A DNA stretch of 64,000 nucleotides from positions 38,130,001-38,194,000 of the forward strand of contig OX597836.1 in the NCBI GenBank assembly GCA_951406725.2. The letters run 5' to 3'. The translations under genes were made by a program, and so were the position numbers. Within the stretch, counting starts at the first letter, position 1. Each line of letters starts with the position of its first letter. Positions 1 to 64,000 of the stretch are shown piece by piece. Source of the stretch: Octopus vulgaris. Taxonomy: Eukaryota. A model generated the notes under the pieces. That model was not told the DNA's origin. It saw only the letters and a program-made list of their open reading frames with translations, and did not search any database.

Positions 1-1336
1 AACGACGCTAACAATCTCTCGTAATGTGAATTGTTTTTAGCAACATACCTTTTGTTGCCTTCTGTTGTCTATCTTCATTTCCAACGACTCACACCCTTAA
101 TGGAAAGATTGTATGTTTGATATTGCTGTGTTAAGTGGAAGTAATTATGAATAAGTAAATAACATGTTTTATAAATGGTGATAATCGAGTAGGAAGTTTC
201 CTTCCGAATCTCTCTTACTAATATACCCATATGTTACTAGATAAACAACATTTCTTTGTGTCTTTATGAAAATAATGCTGTTAATGTACTAATGCTGTTG
301 GTATTTGCTTCTCCTTCCTCAATATTCTTATTTCTTTCAAATGTGATATACAGTTCATGTTTTTACTACATCTAAATCATATTGCCCTTCCTAATATATT
401 TTAACTACACTTGACATAATTACAATGATTTTTCTAATGTTTATAATTGTGTTGTCGAATGTAACATTGATTACTGGATGAAAGCTTGTAGAACTTCAGG
501 ATATTATAGAAAATCCACTTGCAATGGTCTACAATAATACGTTTACTAATTATAAGCGTTTAAGTTGATATGTACCAGCTCCTATCTTAATTTATATACT
601 TTGAAATTATTTTTGTTTCCACTACTAATGACGTTGATTAAACTTAACGACTGAAATCTTACCAATTTCTTCTTATCTAACATATAATATTCCTTGTATA
701 GTTTTGAAAAGGCTCTAACATTTCATTCATATAATTTGAGATAATGAATATTGTATTGCGTTATTTTCAAGAACCTACTCTACTTTCAAGAGATGTGTAT
801 TTCGTACATAGTTTATGTATTTGTGAAAAGCTTAATTCAATCTGACAACGCATGTAGTCTGAGAAAGTGTGGCGTAATGCATTATTTCCTATACAGGCAA
901 CTTGTTGTATACCTATCGTGTAATATATATGTTTTCTCTACATTTATACATGAATACAAAGATACATACATCCATATATATATATATGAATAGCTAGCTA
1001 GATATATATATAAGTTCCAGTGTAGGTATGCATTTACTCACATGTGTATATATCTTGTCAGTATATTGGCGTATATCTGTATGGATATATGTACATGTGC
1101 ATGTGCATAAATATGTTTTCCAATATGCTGAAATGCATTTTCTTACGTGTATTTACGTCTAGATAAGTATGCTTCTATTTACGTGCAAATGTGGGGTGAG
1201 TGATTCATTGTCAGATAGATAAACTCATGTACAGGTGTGTGCTTGATAGTTGGAGTGTGAGAGAGCATTACACTTGCATTCAATATAGATATATATGGGA
1301 GTATTACTAAGTTTTGTGATTATTTTTCCTTGGAAG

Positions 1337-62640
<61,304 letters not shown>

Positions 62641-64000
62641 GTAAGAGAATTAACTAATAATAGAAACCATAAACATGATTTATCTTGACAGTACTTCCAT
62701 GTTGAACAGCTAATGGATATGATATATTCTAATAGCTAGATATATTCATATTGTTTCAGAGGCATTCTTCATTAGATACATACTGGTTCAATATTGAATA
62801 GAGATTATGCTTATCTCCTAATTTTTATAGGTTTCCTAACAGAAAATTTTCTCTAAGTTGATTTATATTAAAGTAATCAGACAAATTTCCATTACAGTGG
62901 AATTTCAAATTCAGTTTTAGAATTCAAATATTACACATGCGCACCCGTACACGCACACTGTATACCTAAATGCTAAACATCATTTAACAACTCTTTGTTA
63001 TGCTCAATCACAGTGTATTATTGAGTCACAATTAAGACACCACACACCAAACCCACACTGATTCCATGAGAAGAGATACTGACAGCATCCTCCAATGTTG
63101 ATATGCTTATCTTCTCTCTGTGATCAGTGAGAAAACACAAATGTTACTCTTATCAAGAAAACATCATCACACTACACATTCTTAATCATAATCAAAACTG
63201 CAACTAGAATCCTCATAATTGTTCTAATTGGTGAACCTTAATACCTCCAATGATCCCTCCATATATATAGTTCTGCTTCACATTGCCTGGCTCTTCTCTT
63301 TTGAAACCAGAAGATAACTCAGTCTCCAACAACTATTGACAATCTGCAAAGCTGAAGTGAAGCCCACATCTGGGACAATACTGGTGCTGCATTCAATGAC
63401 ATCTTAGAATGTACCTAGGAAAGAGACATTTGACTGATTTGCATAAAGTCATTCACAGACAGCACTCCAGCTTTTGATTCATAGGCATGCTGTCTACTTT
63501 ATTTGTCTTTTCTACCACAATTATAGTGGTATCCAATCTAATCTGTTCCTCAGAGCTGGCTACATTTTGTCCCCCCCTCCACTCAGACATCACACTGATA
63601 ATAATGCCTAGGCCATTCTTTCTAGAAAGTCAGTTGTTAAGGATTCCTCTTTTGTTCATGTCTTTCCTACAGATGTTCATTTGCAAAACTTGAAAAAGAA
63701 CACTAATGGTGTCACTGTCACCAGCCTAGGATGGTCTGCAAGCTCTTCTCCTTCTGCTATAATCAGCAAGTTAATAAAAAGGAAGTTGAGAGCATGATGA
63801 CCATGCCCATATGATTGTAACCAGATATTACAATAGTTGTTGCACTTTAGCATTCCAAATGGTTTTGTATCTTAAATTTGAGTTTACTATTTTATGTAAA
63901 CAATGGATCAGATACTCTTGCAGACAGATTTTTCTATGTTTAGATTGGTCTTAAAGTAATCAGTCAAACAATTTCCATTCCAGTGGTCCTTCGCAAGCTA

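Overview
This is AT-rich animal genomic DNA. Its SINE families and microsatellites resemble those I know from Octopus or other coleoid cephalopods (inference). The whole window appears to lie inside one large + strand gene for a probably extracellular multi-VWA (collagen VI/matrilin-like) protein; neither its start nor its confirmed end is in the window. Positions 1-~17770 hold 5.5 near-identical ~3.22 kb tandem units. Each unit carries three symmetric phase-1 exons: a 57 nt and a 45 nt Pro/Thr linker micro-exon, plus a 570 nt VWA exon with an intact MIDAS motif (224 aa per unit). After a long (AT)n tract the gene continues as at least ten isolated 18-81 nt micro-exons spread over ~41 kb. All are phase 1-1, multiples of 3 and stop-free, and together they encode a Pro/Thr/Val/Ile-rich stalk, a micro-exon-gene-like design invisible to the ORF track. 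The introns contain SINEs, mariner, piggyBac, Chapaev3-like, HERO and RTE relics, MITEs and several fold-back repeats carrying hammerhead-ribozyme-like cores. A possible decayed homeobox lies on the - strand near the end. All exon calls come from splice signals and reading frame alone; there is no transcript evidence.
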